64,000 bases of DNA from Callorhinchus milii (lineage: Eukaryota), in the NCBI RefSeq assembly GCF_018977255.1, contig NW_024704757.1:7564001-7628000 (forward strand), in the 5' to 3' direction. The number at the start of each line of letters is the position of its first letter. The first letter of the stretch is position 1. The notes beneath the pieces were generated by a model. That model was not told where the DNA came from, did no database searches, and saw nothing but the letters and a program-made list of their open reading frames with translations. Positions 37,261-50,009 of this stretch are shown here, one piece after another. A program made the position numbers and the translations under genes.

Positions 37261-39207
37261 GACACCAGAGCCCCAGGCGTGGGGCTTGGGAGACACCACC
37301 CTTCAAATGGGGGGAGTGGGGGGCACAGACACAACACATTCCTGAATCATTTCTTCTCAGTGGAAAAGCCACGGTATTTTTTTGTTAAAAACAGGTATTT
37401 TTTGTTACAACAGAGCCGGATAATTAAGATAGCAATTCATCTCTTTGAGGTGTGGTGTTGCTGAGCGGTGCAGTGGGTCTCTGGCTCTCCCGAGTGACAA
37501 CTCCAAGACCACGTAGCAGCGATTTTATCCACAATCTCTTCACTCTTCGCTGACGAACAAGATCTTAAAAATCACGTTTTTTTTAAAAAAATGGTTATTT
37601 AGGTGATAGAGACGTAATATTGAATGCAAGGACTATTATATTATCATTAAGATCTATTTCTTCCACTGTTTCCAGCCACCTCCACCCCCCCACCCAACAC
37701 ATGTGTCCACATTGGGAAGCCATCATCAGACTTGAGTATCCAAACCAGATTGACATTCCACCTCTGAGAGTTGGACAGCAGTGTTAACAAACATTACCTG
37801 GAGTGTGCGTTTGTGAGCGTATGCTTTTATCATTGAGGTTTTATATTAAGAGTTCTCAGTATTTACTGCTGAAGCTTCACGCCTACTCCTGGGAGAGTTG
37901 CTGTTTGTTGGTTACTGTTACTGTGGGTTGAATTGGTGGCAGTGCATTCACACACTTAGGTTTTACAACATTACTCACCAAACCTCTCTCAAAATCATCC
38001 ATCAAACATTTGCTCATCAATGTGTGGCTATCCCTCAGAGGATAGAGATAGTGTGATTTTTCCTGGGAGTTCTCTGAAACTGGTGACTCACAACAATAAG
38101 ATAATAACCTTATATTTCTGAAATGCTGTGCACTGTCCAGCACCTTGGCATGTCCTCCCGATATGAGAGGCACTATACAAATGTAATCTTGTTGTTGTTG
38201 CACCTATGACATTAGAATATATGAAAGCGCTTCATTTTTTTTTGAAGTGGAGATGCTGCCTTTTTGCATGCAAGCAAAACAAGCAATGTATACACAAACT
38301 GCCATAAATGAGCCCTTATATGGAGAAGTGTTGGCCACTTTCTCTTTTCAAATACACTGGTGTCAAGGGATGGATTGCAGATGGGACGCACCTCGGTTTC
38401 TGATCTCATCCAGAGCTTCAAAAATTGCATCTCCTCAAGCAGAGCAGCAGCTTAGAATGAATGTGAGGCTTTAACCCACAACATCTGACTTCAACGAAAG
38501 GCGTTTCCCGTGAATTAAAATCTCGACACAACAACAAAAAAGATTTTGCTAATTTTTAAAAGGTGTAAGCCCTTTAATTTTTTATACATTTAAAATCTCA
38601 AGAGAGTTTAGAAAATCAAATAGCAATTAATTAATGAAAACCAGTATCACAAGAGGGTAGTAAGTGGGGCTTTCTGGTGACAAAATATACACTTTACAGT
38701 ATATTTTGTGAAGCGCTTTGAGACCTTGAAGACGTGATAAGGTGCTATATCAAATGCAAGGATTATTATTTTAAAACAAATTCATTTATTTAGTTTGAAC
38801 CCATTCCCAGTGCAAGTTCTCACTTGGAGAATCAATTCGTTGCCTGCAAAAACAGTCCTTTTAAAATCACAGCTTTAGTGGTAAATTGGAATTTTCTTTA
38901 TTGATCATTACCGCCAAGCTACCATTGTTATGATGAAAGCATTGACTCATACGAAAAAGAGAGTTATTTAAATATGAGCTTCAGAAATTAAATCAATCCA
39001 GTCAGTCATCCAAACATGGGGTTGGCTAATCTGACATAATACAACAGCAGCCTGGGAGCGCACACAAGTTTGTAATTTGTTGCTGTTGCTCCATACATAC
39101 AATAAAAAACAGCAACAAACATTTCATCTTAAAGGCATCGTCCATTGGTGCTGTCAGAGAATGTCCTTCCCTCACACAGAGTACCACATAAAGCTTCTCA
39201 TTGGAAA

Positions 39208-39239
39208 TCACACACTTCCAAACGTCATCTCGCTGATCC
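39208..39239 (-). CDS. LCMT1: LCMT1 last coding exon (G-ISEMTFGSV*)
   Basis: Acceptor tgtgtctgctttcAG; phase fits exon 10; resembles human GLKEITY*; total CDS 990 bp = 329 aa. Confidence 0.8.
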
Positions 39240-40320
39240 CTGAAAGCAGACACAGGTATCCGGCATTTACCATAAGTAGTGGACTGAAGGACAACTGTCA
39301 CTGAAACTGGCGTAAATCACAACAGACAAGAATCAGTACTTGGTCCAACAAGTCTCAGCTGCTATTTTACTCCCAATATTTTTTTTAAGAACACCTTAAA
39401 TAGGGCGTGACCTTAAGAGAACCATTTGTCAAAATTATTTATAAATACTATTACCTTAATTAACCGGTTTCCTTCATTTTTTATCCATTTATCCATTATT
39501 GAAGACATTGAGGGAACCATTTTATGACTGATCCAGATAATGTCAAGGTTCAGTTGCAACAACTTGAACTCGTAGAGAAACTGCCACTTAGAATGAACAT
39601 GGAGATATTGTGAGAAGATATATCACAGCAGTGTTTAGCTTTTGGGCCATTACTTCTGTCCTAACTTTACCAGTTTAATGATAATTCAGTTTTATCAGTA
39701 ACCTGTTTAGGACCCATTTTGTTATCAGTATCAAAGCATTGTTCTTGCAGGTGATGAATTGATTCTTCAAGTGGGAACTTGCATTGGGTAGGGCATTTAC
39801 ACAGGGCCCTTCCGTACACAAATAAAATAACCCACGGAAAGATGGTTTTTGAGTTGTTTTGATGCTTTGGCCAACAGTTTTCTAATCTAATCTATTGATC
39901 AATCAAAAGAGTTATTATTCTCCCTTTCCATTTCTCGTTCCCTATAGACCTGTTGACTCAGCTTCTGGAATCCACTCTCCCCTCCTTCTATGTCCAGCAA
40001 AGCAGGAAGTGACATCGGGGCGAACTAATGACCCAGAAGTCAGTCATTTTAGTGTGAGCTGGCTGGTGTGAGGTCAGCGAGTGGGGAGCATGCCTACACG
40101 CACAGTGAATACACTGCACTTGGAATAAACGGATTTGCACTATAATGCGCTGTGTTGTAACGGGTCTTTACTGTGGTTATGTACTGTTAAGCGCTCAGAG
40201 ACACTATCCCGCGTGAAGGGCGCTAAATAAGTGCATGCTGTTGGTGTATTACTGGTTTTGATCTAGTCTAGTTATTGAGATTTTGAAAAATATAAAAGCT
40301 TTATTAATAATTTTTTTTTA

Positions 40321-40476
<156 letters not shown>

Positions 40477-41047
40477 TTAGGAGGGAGACATTTAAGAGAA
40501 AATGACCGGAGTGTATTATGGTGACTAAATAGAACTTGGAGAGAGTTGAAAAGAGCACACAGTCATAGATAGTTGTTGCAGCGGTTCTGGAGATATCTAG
40601 TAACGAACTGTTAGACAATGGAAATTCGAAACATTTTTAAGTGTGGGGAATGGATATGGTCGAATAAAATTACCAAATTTGGCTAGAGATTAAAGTACAG
40701 CAAAACCAGCTAGAGCAAAACCAACTTGGTTAGTTTGACCAGCTAGAGACAAACATGTTTGACTGGGTTGTTTTTTTTCTCTGGTGGGGTCTATACATAG
40801 GGTACAAAAGTAAAGCAATAATGCTGAGTTTGTACAAATCAATCCACAACACTGGTGTATAAAGCAACTCCCTTCTTCTCAGCTCACAATATTCCAACCA
40901 CGACCCAGCCACCCTAATGTGACTTCTGTACTTATAAATAACTCAATATTTTGCTCTGTAACATTGAGGCACCGGAGCACTGGGTGTCAGGGAGGTGTTA
41001 AGGCTACAAAATTAAAATAAAATTAAAACGTGGGACTGAGAAAATAC

Positions 41048-41139
41048 CTCTGAACATCAGCTTGAGGTAAACTGTTGTAAACGTCCATCATATCTAGAGC
41101 ATCTGCCTGGTCCCAGCCATTCAACAGAAAACGATCTTT
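41048..41139 (-). CDS. LCMT1: LCMT1 coding exon 9 (KDRFLLNGWDQADALDMMDVYNSLPQADVQ)
   Basis: 92 bp, AG/GT, phase consistent. Confidence 0.94.
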
Positions 41140-42478
41140 CTATGGAGGAAAAAAGATGATTTCAAACACAATTTCAAAGCACAAACAAGCTCAGATTCTA
41201 CACTTATAAATATGTAAATATTTAGCACCACTATTTAACTTCACCCTAAACAAGTCCACTGCAGCCCTATAAAAATGTACTTCATTGGAACATTGGTTCC
41301 CTCAGAAGGTGGATGCCCTGTGCACGGCAATGTAAAACTGTATTTTATTTATCAGCTCAGATATTCAGCACCTTGGCGTTTGCTGCATTGTCAGTCTTGA
41401 GAAAAGACATCTCAAAGGGAACCTTATAGAGATTTATATGATTTTAAATGAAACTCAAACACTAAAAGCAAAACAATACTTTTGAATGCACGAAAATAGA
41501 AGAACAAGAGAACACGCGTTTAGAAATGTAAAGGACAGGTACCACAAAGTTTATCTTTACTTAGACTGTAATTAATAAGAAATGTGGTACCAGAAAGGGT
41601 GGATGAGGCCAGAACACTTGACTCATTTAAAAGAAAAAGATTGGTGCTGTGATGGAGAGACGGTGGGGTAAGTGTTCTGGGAGGATGAGACCAAATGGGT
41701 TGAAGGACCTTCTTTATCCAAACAAATCTTGTGATCTCAGTTGGACAGGTATATTTCTGATGTTCACAGAAATCCAATTCACTGCGGATGATAGACCAGC
41801 CTGGCCAGTCAGCAACATATGGGGATTATTCTCATTCGTTTTTTGTTACCGCTGCGAGGCTAAACCCTAACGGGTAGGGTATTCCTATCTTGACAAGCAA
41901 TGGCAAGCTATGTGGTTACTCCAGTAGTTACCCTAGCGCACACTCTGGGCTCCCTAAGCCTCGTCTCTCGCCAACCATCCCCTGGAACTTTCTGGAATAA
42001 GGAAACCAGAGTGCATCTCTCCCAGTAGAAAATGCATATTCCATTCAAGACGGGAAAAATTCTGTACATATATGGCATACGTGAACTTCTTTGGTTTGAT
42101 CCTCTTAAGCCTGATGACAAGTATCCGCAGATGTCAGATAGACATCTGATCTAACGCAGGTTTGGCAACCTAAGCTATTAGTGCGAGCAGGTTCGGTAGG
42201 CGGACTGTTGCAAAGCAAATGACTTTCTGCCTTCCTGCCTGCACAGCGACTTCATTGGTCATGGTGAATGATGATAGTGGCTCCTTGTCTTGTTTTAGAG
42301 TTTTATTGCCCCCAACTACCTCATTATAATAGGGCTGCACCACCATTATTGTGTCTTCACCTGAACAGCATGTGATTTGATAGAGAAAATTACACATTTA
42401 CTTTATAAATAATAAATAATAATCCCTGCATTTGATATAACGCCTTATCACATCTTCCAGACGTCTCAAAGCGCTTCA

Positions 42479-42733
<255 letters not shown>

Positions 42734-43221
42734 TTAAATAATAATAATAATCCTTGCATTTCATACAGTGTCTTATCACATCGTTGAGGAGTCTTAAAGC
42801 GCTTCAGAGAGAGAGTCACGTGTGCATCCCATTCCAGACACAGGAGCATGTCCATGTGTTGTTAACGTACACATGTGGAATTCTTAGTTTGATCTGGATA
42901 CTCTTAAGTAATGTGATAAGTTTTGGCATGTGTCAGACACCCAGCTGACCCCCAAAAATACTAACTTTGACGATCCCTCTGGTTTAGTTTCCTTTCAAAT
43001 TATATTAATTATTGCCATTTAGATAATACAGTGCAGCCCATTTTAATATGCTTCAATATGGTGCAACTTCAGCAATACCAGGCTGTACAGTAGGCCACAA
43101 TCGGTGTGTATGGCCACTGGCTGCCATTTCACACTAAAATTGACAATTTGGTCAGTAGGTTGTCAATAACATTCATATATCGTGCTATAGTGAAGATCTA
43201 TTGTATATCAGTTTATTGTTA

Positions 43222-43428
<207 letters not shown>

Positions 43429-43807
43429 TCACAAAACAGAAATTGTTCTGTTACCATTGATATGTATTAGTAACCTGTTTTGCCAATGAAACAGATCTTT
43501 CGCACAGGTTGGTTTATATTTCATATTACATTTTGTACAAATTGTAAGTCCCTGAGCTATGCAAGTGGATTATAAATTGGATTTGACTTCGAGAACTAGT
43601 GCCGAGTGCTGACTGTGGATGTGAGTGAGTGAAACTGGTCAAACACTCAGCTGCTGAGAAAAGTTGTTTACACCCTGTGCACTGAGCCCCTCTCAATCAA
43701 TGTGCATTTCTCCAGGCGTTTACAACATTCTGTGAATGCTTTTGAGTGATAAAAGTATATTTCACACTTCCATGGAGCTGGCCACCTCACCCCCTTCAAT
43801 TGCAGGT

Positions 43808-44092
43808 CAGAGGACACAACCTGCAATTGAAGGGGAGAAATTCAGAAAAAAATCTATGGAAATTCTATTTCAGTGAACAAAGAGTGAACCTGTGGAACAG
43901 GTTACCTTAGGAGACGGTTGAAGGAGGAAATGTTGATTCCTCCAAACACAGATTAGATAGCTTTCTTTTAGGAAATAATATTATGGGATATAGTACATAG
44001 GTAGTTCAGGACATATGTCCATGCGACCTCCAGGAAGGTGAACTAGATGGACCTTGGTAATTTTTTCGTCTAGCATTTCTTATGTTCTTATG
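43808..44092 (+). mobile_element. 5'-truncated CR1 3' end
   Basis: Starts in an RGHNLQLKG-like ORF2 tail; ends 'ttcttatgttcttatg'. Confidence 0.8.
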
Positions 44093-44284
44093 CTCCTGCA
44101 CCACATATAAATGAAAATATATAAATCTTTTGAATCTTCATCAATCATTTAATTTGAATTTATGGGGAATTTTGAAATAAATAAATTGCTTTAAAATAAA
44201 AACAGTATTTTATTTGATCAAACTGCTTCTCCCTACATTGTGCATAGAAAGTGTATATTGTACATGTTGTGCATAATACTATAT

Positions 44285-46320
44285 CATAGAATCATACAGC
44301 ACAGAAAGAAGTCATTCAGCCCATCGTGTCTGTGCTGGCTCTTTGAAAAGAGCTTTTCCAAATCATTCCCACTCTCCCCCTCTCTCTCCCCATAGCCCTG
44401 CAAACTTGTCCTCCCCAAATAATTATCTACTTCTCTCTTAAAAAACTGGCTATCAACAACCAGTTAGGCAAGATTCCAGATCTAAACTAACTGTGAAAAA
44501 ATTTCTCCTCCCCTGTTTCTTTTAACAATCGTTTAGTGTCAGTCTCCTCAAGTTACTGACCCACCCACAAGTTGAAATAGGTTCTCCTCGTTTACCCTAT
44601 CGAAACCGCACATAATTTTGAATACTTCTATTAAATCTCCTCTTAATCCTCCCTGCTCCAAGGAGAATAACAACAACAACTTGGATTTATATAGCACCCT
44701 CCACGCCGGACAGCGTCTCTGTGCGAATAATCCTAGCTTCTCTAGCCTCTCATGATAACTGAAGTCCCTCATTCCTGGTAAATCTGCTTTGCACCCTCTC
44801 CAATGCCTTGACATCCTTCCTAAAGTGTGGGGCCCAGAACTGAACACAGTTTCTAGCTGAGGCCTAACCAGTGTTTTATAAAGGTTCATCATAACTTCCT
44901 GACTTTTGTATTCTATGCCCCTGTTTATAAAGTCTAGTATCCCATATACCTTTTCAACAGCTTTATCTACCTGCCACCTTCAAAGATTTAATTACATGAA
45001 CCTCCAGGTCTCTCTGTTCTTTCACCCCTTTTAAGATTGTACCATCGGCTTATATGGCCTCTCTTCATCCTTCCTCCCAAAATGCATCACTTTGCATTTA
45101 TCCACATTAAACTTCATCTGCCACGTGTCGGCCCATTTCACCAGTCAGTCTATGTCCTCTTGCAGTCTGCTACTATCCTCCTCACTGTTTACTACGTTTC
45201 CTAGCTTAGTATCATCTGCAAACTTGGAAATTGTACTCCCTATACTCAAGTCCAGGGCATTTATACAGATCAAAAACAGCAGTGGTCCCAATACTGATCC
45301 CTGGGGGCCATCACTACATACTTCCCTCCAGTCAGAAAAACAACCGTTCACCACCACTCTCTGCCTTCTGTCTCCCAGCCAGTTCTGTATCCATTCTGAC
45401 ACTGTCCCTTTAACACTAATAATAATAATAATAATCCTTGCATTTGATATAGCGCTTTTCACGTCGGGAGGACGTTCCAAAGCGCTTCACAGAACACACT
45501 GTAAAGTGAATTGACTGTATATTTGTGGGTGAACGCGGCAGCCAATTGCGCACAGCAATGTCCCACAAATAGTCGTAGATTGAATATGACCAATTTATTA
45601 TTGTTTTTGGTTTTGGAGGGATTATTATTAGGCTCTGTGTGGAGTAAGGAAACTTGCCCAAGGTTTCGCCCTCTGCCTGGAATTGAACTCAGGTCTTTCG
45701 CTTGCAAAGCGAGTGCTCTAACCACTGAGCTACAGGACTCCACTGTGGGCTTCTATTTTGCTTACAAGTCTATTATGTGGCACTTTATCAAATGCCTTTT
45801 GAAAATCCATACAAACTACATCAACTGCACTATCTTCATCCACCCTCTCCGTTACATCATCAAAAAAACTATCAGGTTTGCCTTAAACAAACCCATGTTG
45901 GCTGTCCTTTATTAACCCATATTTTTCGAAGTGAAAATTTATTTTGTCCTGGATTATAGTCTCTAGAAGTTTCCCCACTACTGACGTTCAGCTGACTGGC
46001 CTGTAGTTCCCGGATTTATCCTTCTGCTCCTTTTTGTTTAGGGGAGTAACATTTGCAAACCTCCATACCTCTGGCACCTCCTGGTGTCCAAGGAGGATTG
46101 AAAGATTGTGGCCAGAGCCTCCGCTATTTCCACCTTTACTTCCCTCAGTAACCTAGGGTGCATCCCATCCGGACCAGGTGACTTATCTACCTTGAGCACC
46201 GACAGCCTTTTAGTACCTCCTCTCGGTTTATTCTTATCTTATCCAATTTCTCTACTGTCTCCTCCTAGTACTGTAGCATTGGCTGCATCCTCTTCATTTG
46301 TGAAGACAGATGCAAAGTAC
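44285..46320 (-). mobile_element. CR1 LINE (RT plus 3' UTR) with a nested SINE and an L2 tail
   Basis: [44 protein letters not shown] motifs. Confidence 0.92.
45417..45741 (-). mobile_element. Full-length tRNA-derived SINE inserted in a CR1
   Basis: Head GGAGTCCTGTAGCTCAGTGGTTAGAGCACTCGC, B box GAGTTCAATTCC, tail aaatgcaagga(TTA)n; it splits the CR1 RT sequence. Confidence 0.9.
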
Positions 46321-46476
46321 TCCTATATAAACCTTATGTTAATATTATTATACATATGTTTGCTGGTACATCTTTCTCGTTAGTAAATACTAGATCCAAT
46401 TTCTGCAGACATTCAGTGTTCTCTGATGGAAATATTTAATATCAAAAAGAAAATACATTAAATACAATACACTCAC

Positions 46477-46579
46477 TTCACATCTAAGCCATATTTCTTC
46501 AGTTTTTCCACAAATACGGGCAAGTCACGGAGATCTTGTCCAATGATGCTGTAGTGATCCGAGTCCATGTCATAACCAT
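46477..46579 (-). CDS. LCMT1: LCMT1 coding exon 6 (DGYDMDSDHYSIIGQDLRDLPVFVEKLKKYGLDV)
   Basis: 103 bp, AG/GTGAGT; DLRD motif. Confidence 0.94.
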
Positions 46580-47207
46580 CTGACGTTGAGGGAAATATGT
46601 TGTTATTAAATTTAGTCATTATAAAACATAAATGCTAAATTAATTGAAAGTTTCAGCCGATCTGCCCCATTCTCTGAATTCCATCCCTGAATCCCTTTGC
46701 CTCACTCCTTCCCCTGTCTTCTTCAAGATCCATCTGAAGACTTTGGATGTGGGTTCGGTCCCCTGCCCTCCTTTGGCTCACAAACCCTCCCAAATCTGAC
46801 CCCCAGCTCGGGCGCAAACCCTTGACTGTCCAGCGCCTTGGGGACATCCTCCTGATGTGAAGGGAGCTTTATAAATGCAATTCATAGTTTTAGTTATAAA
46901 TGTTAATTAATTGTAGTCATGCAGGTTTTTGTTTCCCGAAAAACCACAGAGAAAATGCAACTAAGAAAGTGCATTACTGGCTGGCTGATTTTCAGCTGCA
47001 TTTGAGGGCAACGGCCTTTAGACAGATTGCAGTCCAGAGCAATGTGCTGGAGGCTAAGCTGCACTCTAAGCATGCTCACACACAGGTGCAGTCATAAATG
47101 CAATGAGGTCCATTTCTGTCAATACTTTACGTGAAATCATAAACCTAGGTAGTAGCTTGTACAATGCTGTTCATGAACATATAGAGTAGCATCACCCCTC
47201 TTCTCAC

Positions 47208-47269
47208 CTATTTTCAGGTTATTACTTGAATGGGTTTCCAGAATCGGCTTTGACAAGGGAGGCTTTGTT
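47208..47269 (-). CDS. LCMT1: LCMT1 coding exon 5 (TKPPLSKPILETHSSNNLKI)
   Basis: 62 bp, AG/GTGAG, phase consistent. Confidence 0.93.
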
Positions 47270-47840
47270 CTGAAAAGATAAATAATTAGACGGAATGACA
47301 GAAACACGACATTGAAGCCACGCCACAGGAATGGAGCAGCTATGGCAATGTTCTCACGTATCTCAGGCTGTGCCGTGTGGCTCAGGCGCTCTTGCTGTGT
47401 GCTGTCCATCAGTGAGGGCTCATATCTCATCCGATGGTATTTGCGGTCTCCTTGGAGCTGGCTCCAAAGTGATTTACTTAGCAACAGAATGTCAGAATCC
47501 AGTCAATCCTCTAAGGCAGTCGGGTCTGCAATTTTCCAGAAAAAGAGGCCATTTGGCCACTCCCCACTGCTCCACCATTAAGTCTTTCGCAAACTTTGGT
47601 TGTTGGGATACTGCTGGAGTTTAACCAACTAAAATCATATAGCTTTTCATTGACAGTACTGTCCGGCAAGCTTCCAACTGTTTGTCCATCTAGAACCACA
47701 GGACTCATTAAGGCTTTAGCTACTGTTATGGGCAAATAGTTTCAGATGGACCCATATCTCTCTCCTACATTGCATGATTCCCACGTCAGGCATCACACTG
47801 AATATATTTGATTGAAATAATTGAGGAAAAAAGGAACTTA

Positions 47841-47957
<117 letters not shown>

Positions 47958-48002
47958 TTAATGCGAGTTTCATGTCTGGACACGATGGGTAGCGCTGACA
48001 TA

Positions 48003-48765
48003 TAGAATCATAGAGTCATACAGCACAGAAAGAGGCCATTCGGCCTATCGTGTCTGCACTGGCTCCGAAAAGAGCAATCCAACTCAATCCCACTGGCCCA
48101 CTTTCCCTGCAATCTTGTCCTCCCCAAATACCCATCTACTTCTCTCTTAAACGTTGTTATTGAATTGGCTTCCACTACCCTTTCAGGTAATGCATTCCAG
48201 ATCTGAACAACTCGCTGGGTGAAATTTTTTTCCTAACCTCCCCTCTGTTTCTTTAAACAACTAACTTAAATCGGTGTCCTCAGGTTACTGACCCACATGC
48301 ATATGGAAACAGTTTTTCCCGGTTCAACCTATCAAATCCTCTCATGATCTTGAAAACCACTATTAAATCCCTTCTTAATCTTCTCTGCTCCAGGGAGAAT
48401 AATCCTAGTTTCGCTAACCTCTCCTCATAACTAAGGTCCTTCATTCCTGGTACCATCCTGGTAAACCTCCTTTGCACCCTCTCCAATGCCCTCACATCTT
48501 TCCTAAAGTGCGGTGCCGAGAACTGAACACAGTACTCCAACTGAGGCCTCACCAGCATTTTATAAATATTCAACATAACCTCCTGACCATTGAATTCTAC
48601 GCCCCTATTTATAAAACCTAGTATCCCGGATGTTTTTTTAACAGCTTTATCTGCCTGTCCTGCCACCTTCAGAGATTTGCTTATATGGATGCCGAGGTCT
48701 CTGTTCATTTTGCCCCCTTTAAGATTTTACCATCTTGCTTATACTGCTTCTCCCCATTCTTCCTA
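48003..48765 (-). mobile_element. CR1 LINE 3' fragment
   Basis: ORF 48280-48708 (VRPQLEYCVQF...LRRDLIVVFKIMRG) and a (CTATGATT)n tail. Confidence 0.93.
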
Positions 48766-49049
48766 CCAACAAAGCAATATAGTTTAACACAAAATAAAGA
48801 AATCCTTGCATTTGATATAACACTTTTCACGTCTTCTCGACATCTTAAAGTGCTTCACAGAATAGACTGTAAAGTGAATTGACTGTATTTTTGTGGGTGA
48901 AACGCGGCAGCCAATTGCGCACAGCAATGTCCTACAAACAGTCGTGAATTGAAAATGACCAATTTATCAATTTTTTTTTAAACCATCAGCTGCTGAGGGG
49001 AGCTAAGCCCTAGTTTAACACAATTACGAAAGGAATTGGGTGGTGATCA

Positions 49050-49241
<192 letters not shown>

Positions 49242-50009
49242 CTACCTTCATGGTAATATGACCAGGGACGACGGTATTTCAGTGATGAAGAGACTTGAGA
49301 GTCTGGAGCTTTCCCCTGGAGCTAAGAAAGTTAAATTGTCACCTGATCGAGGTTTTCAAGATTCTTAAGAATTATGATACGCTAAACAGTGATAGATTAT
49401 TCCCACTGGTCATTGAGTCGGCAGCAAGATGATATACATTTAATACACTCAAAAAAAATTAAAAAGTGTTTTAACAAGATAAAATTAAAAATGGCAAAAT
49501 TAAAAATACCTTCCAGACACAAAGGTACAAAACTGAGAAGGTATAAAGAACTCAAATAGAAAGTCTTTCTTATATACATTGTCCCATTGTCTTAGCGCCC
49601 CTCAGCAGCTGATGGTAAACAATCTGGGACTCACTCAAACCCCCAATGTTCAGTGTGTGCCTTGGGACGGCTCCTGACATGAAAGCTACCATTATAAAGG
49701 CAATTTATTGTTGTTGAGTATTAACAGGCCACTCAGCTGTAGAGGGTGTCACATTCGGCTGTGCCTATGTTTCCCCACAGAGGGCAGTGAGGAGGTACTG
49801 GGAGTAGGAAACCCAGTTGATTTTTACCTTCCTCACACAGGGAATTTGGGTTCCTAATGTAGCTCGGCTGAGGACGGCAAATGCAGCAAAAACTAGGACT
49901 TGAATCAGCGAACTCTTGGTCTGTAAGCCCCACCATCATCAGAAGGGGTGCCGAAGGGGAAGGAAGTGCTATATATATATATTTTTTAAAAATTAAACAA
50001 AGCTTCTGG

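Larger units (their letters stand above)
30436..37815. repeat. Tandem segmental duplication, unit B
   Basis: Mirrors unit A; unique sequence resumes at 37816 ('agcgtatgc'). Confidence 0.95.

Noticed and set aside
27743-37815. CRISPR-like or LTR interpretation of the four 67-bp direct repeats
   Set aside because: Eukaryotic context, irregular spacing and no TG..CA, PBS or PPT; explained by duplication plus template switching.
42128-42148. 8-bp hairpin CAGATGTC-agata-GACATCTG (and a 6-bp stem at 20251-20267)
   Set aside because: Too short to distinguish from chance in 64 kb.
45660-45741. tRNA-like sequence with A and B boxes
   Set aside because: It is the head of a multi-copy SINE that continues into a body and (TTA)n tail.
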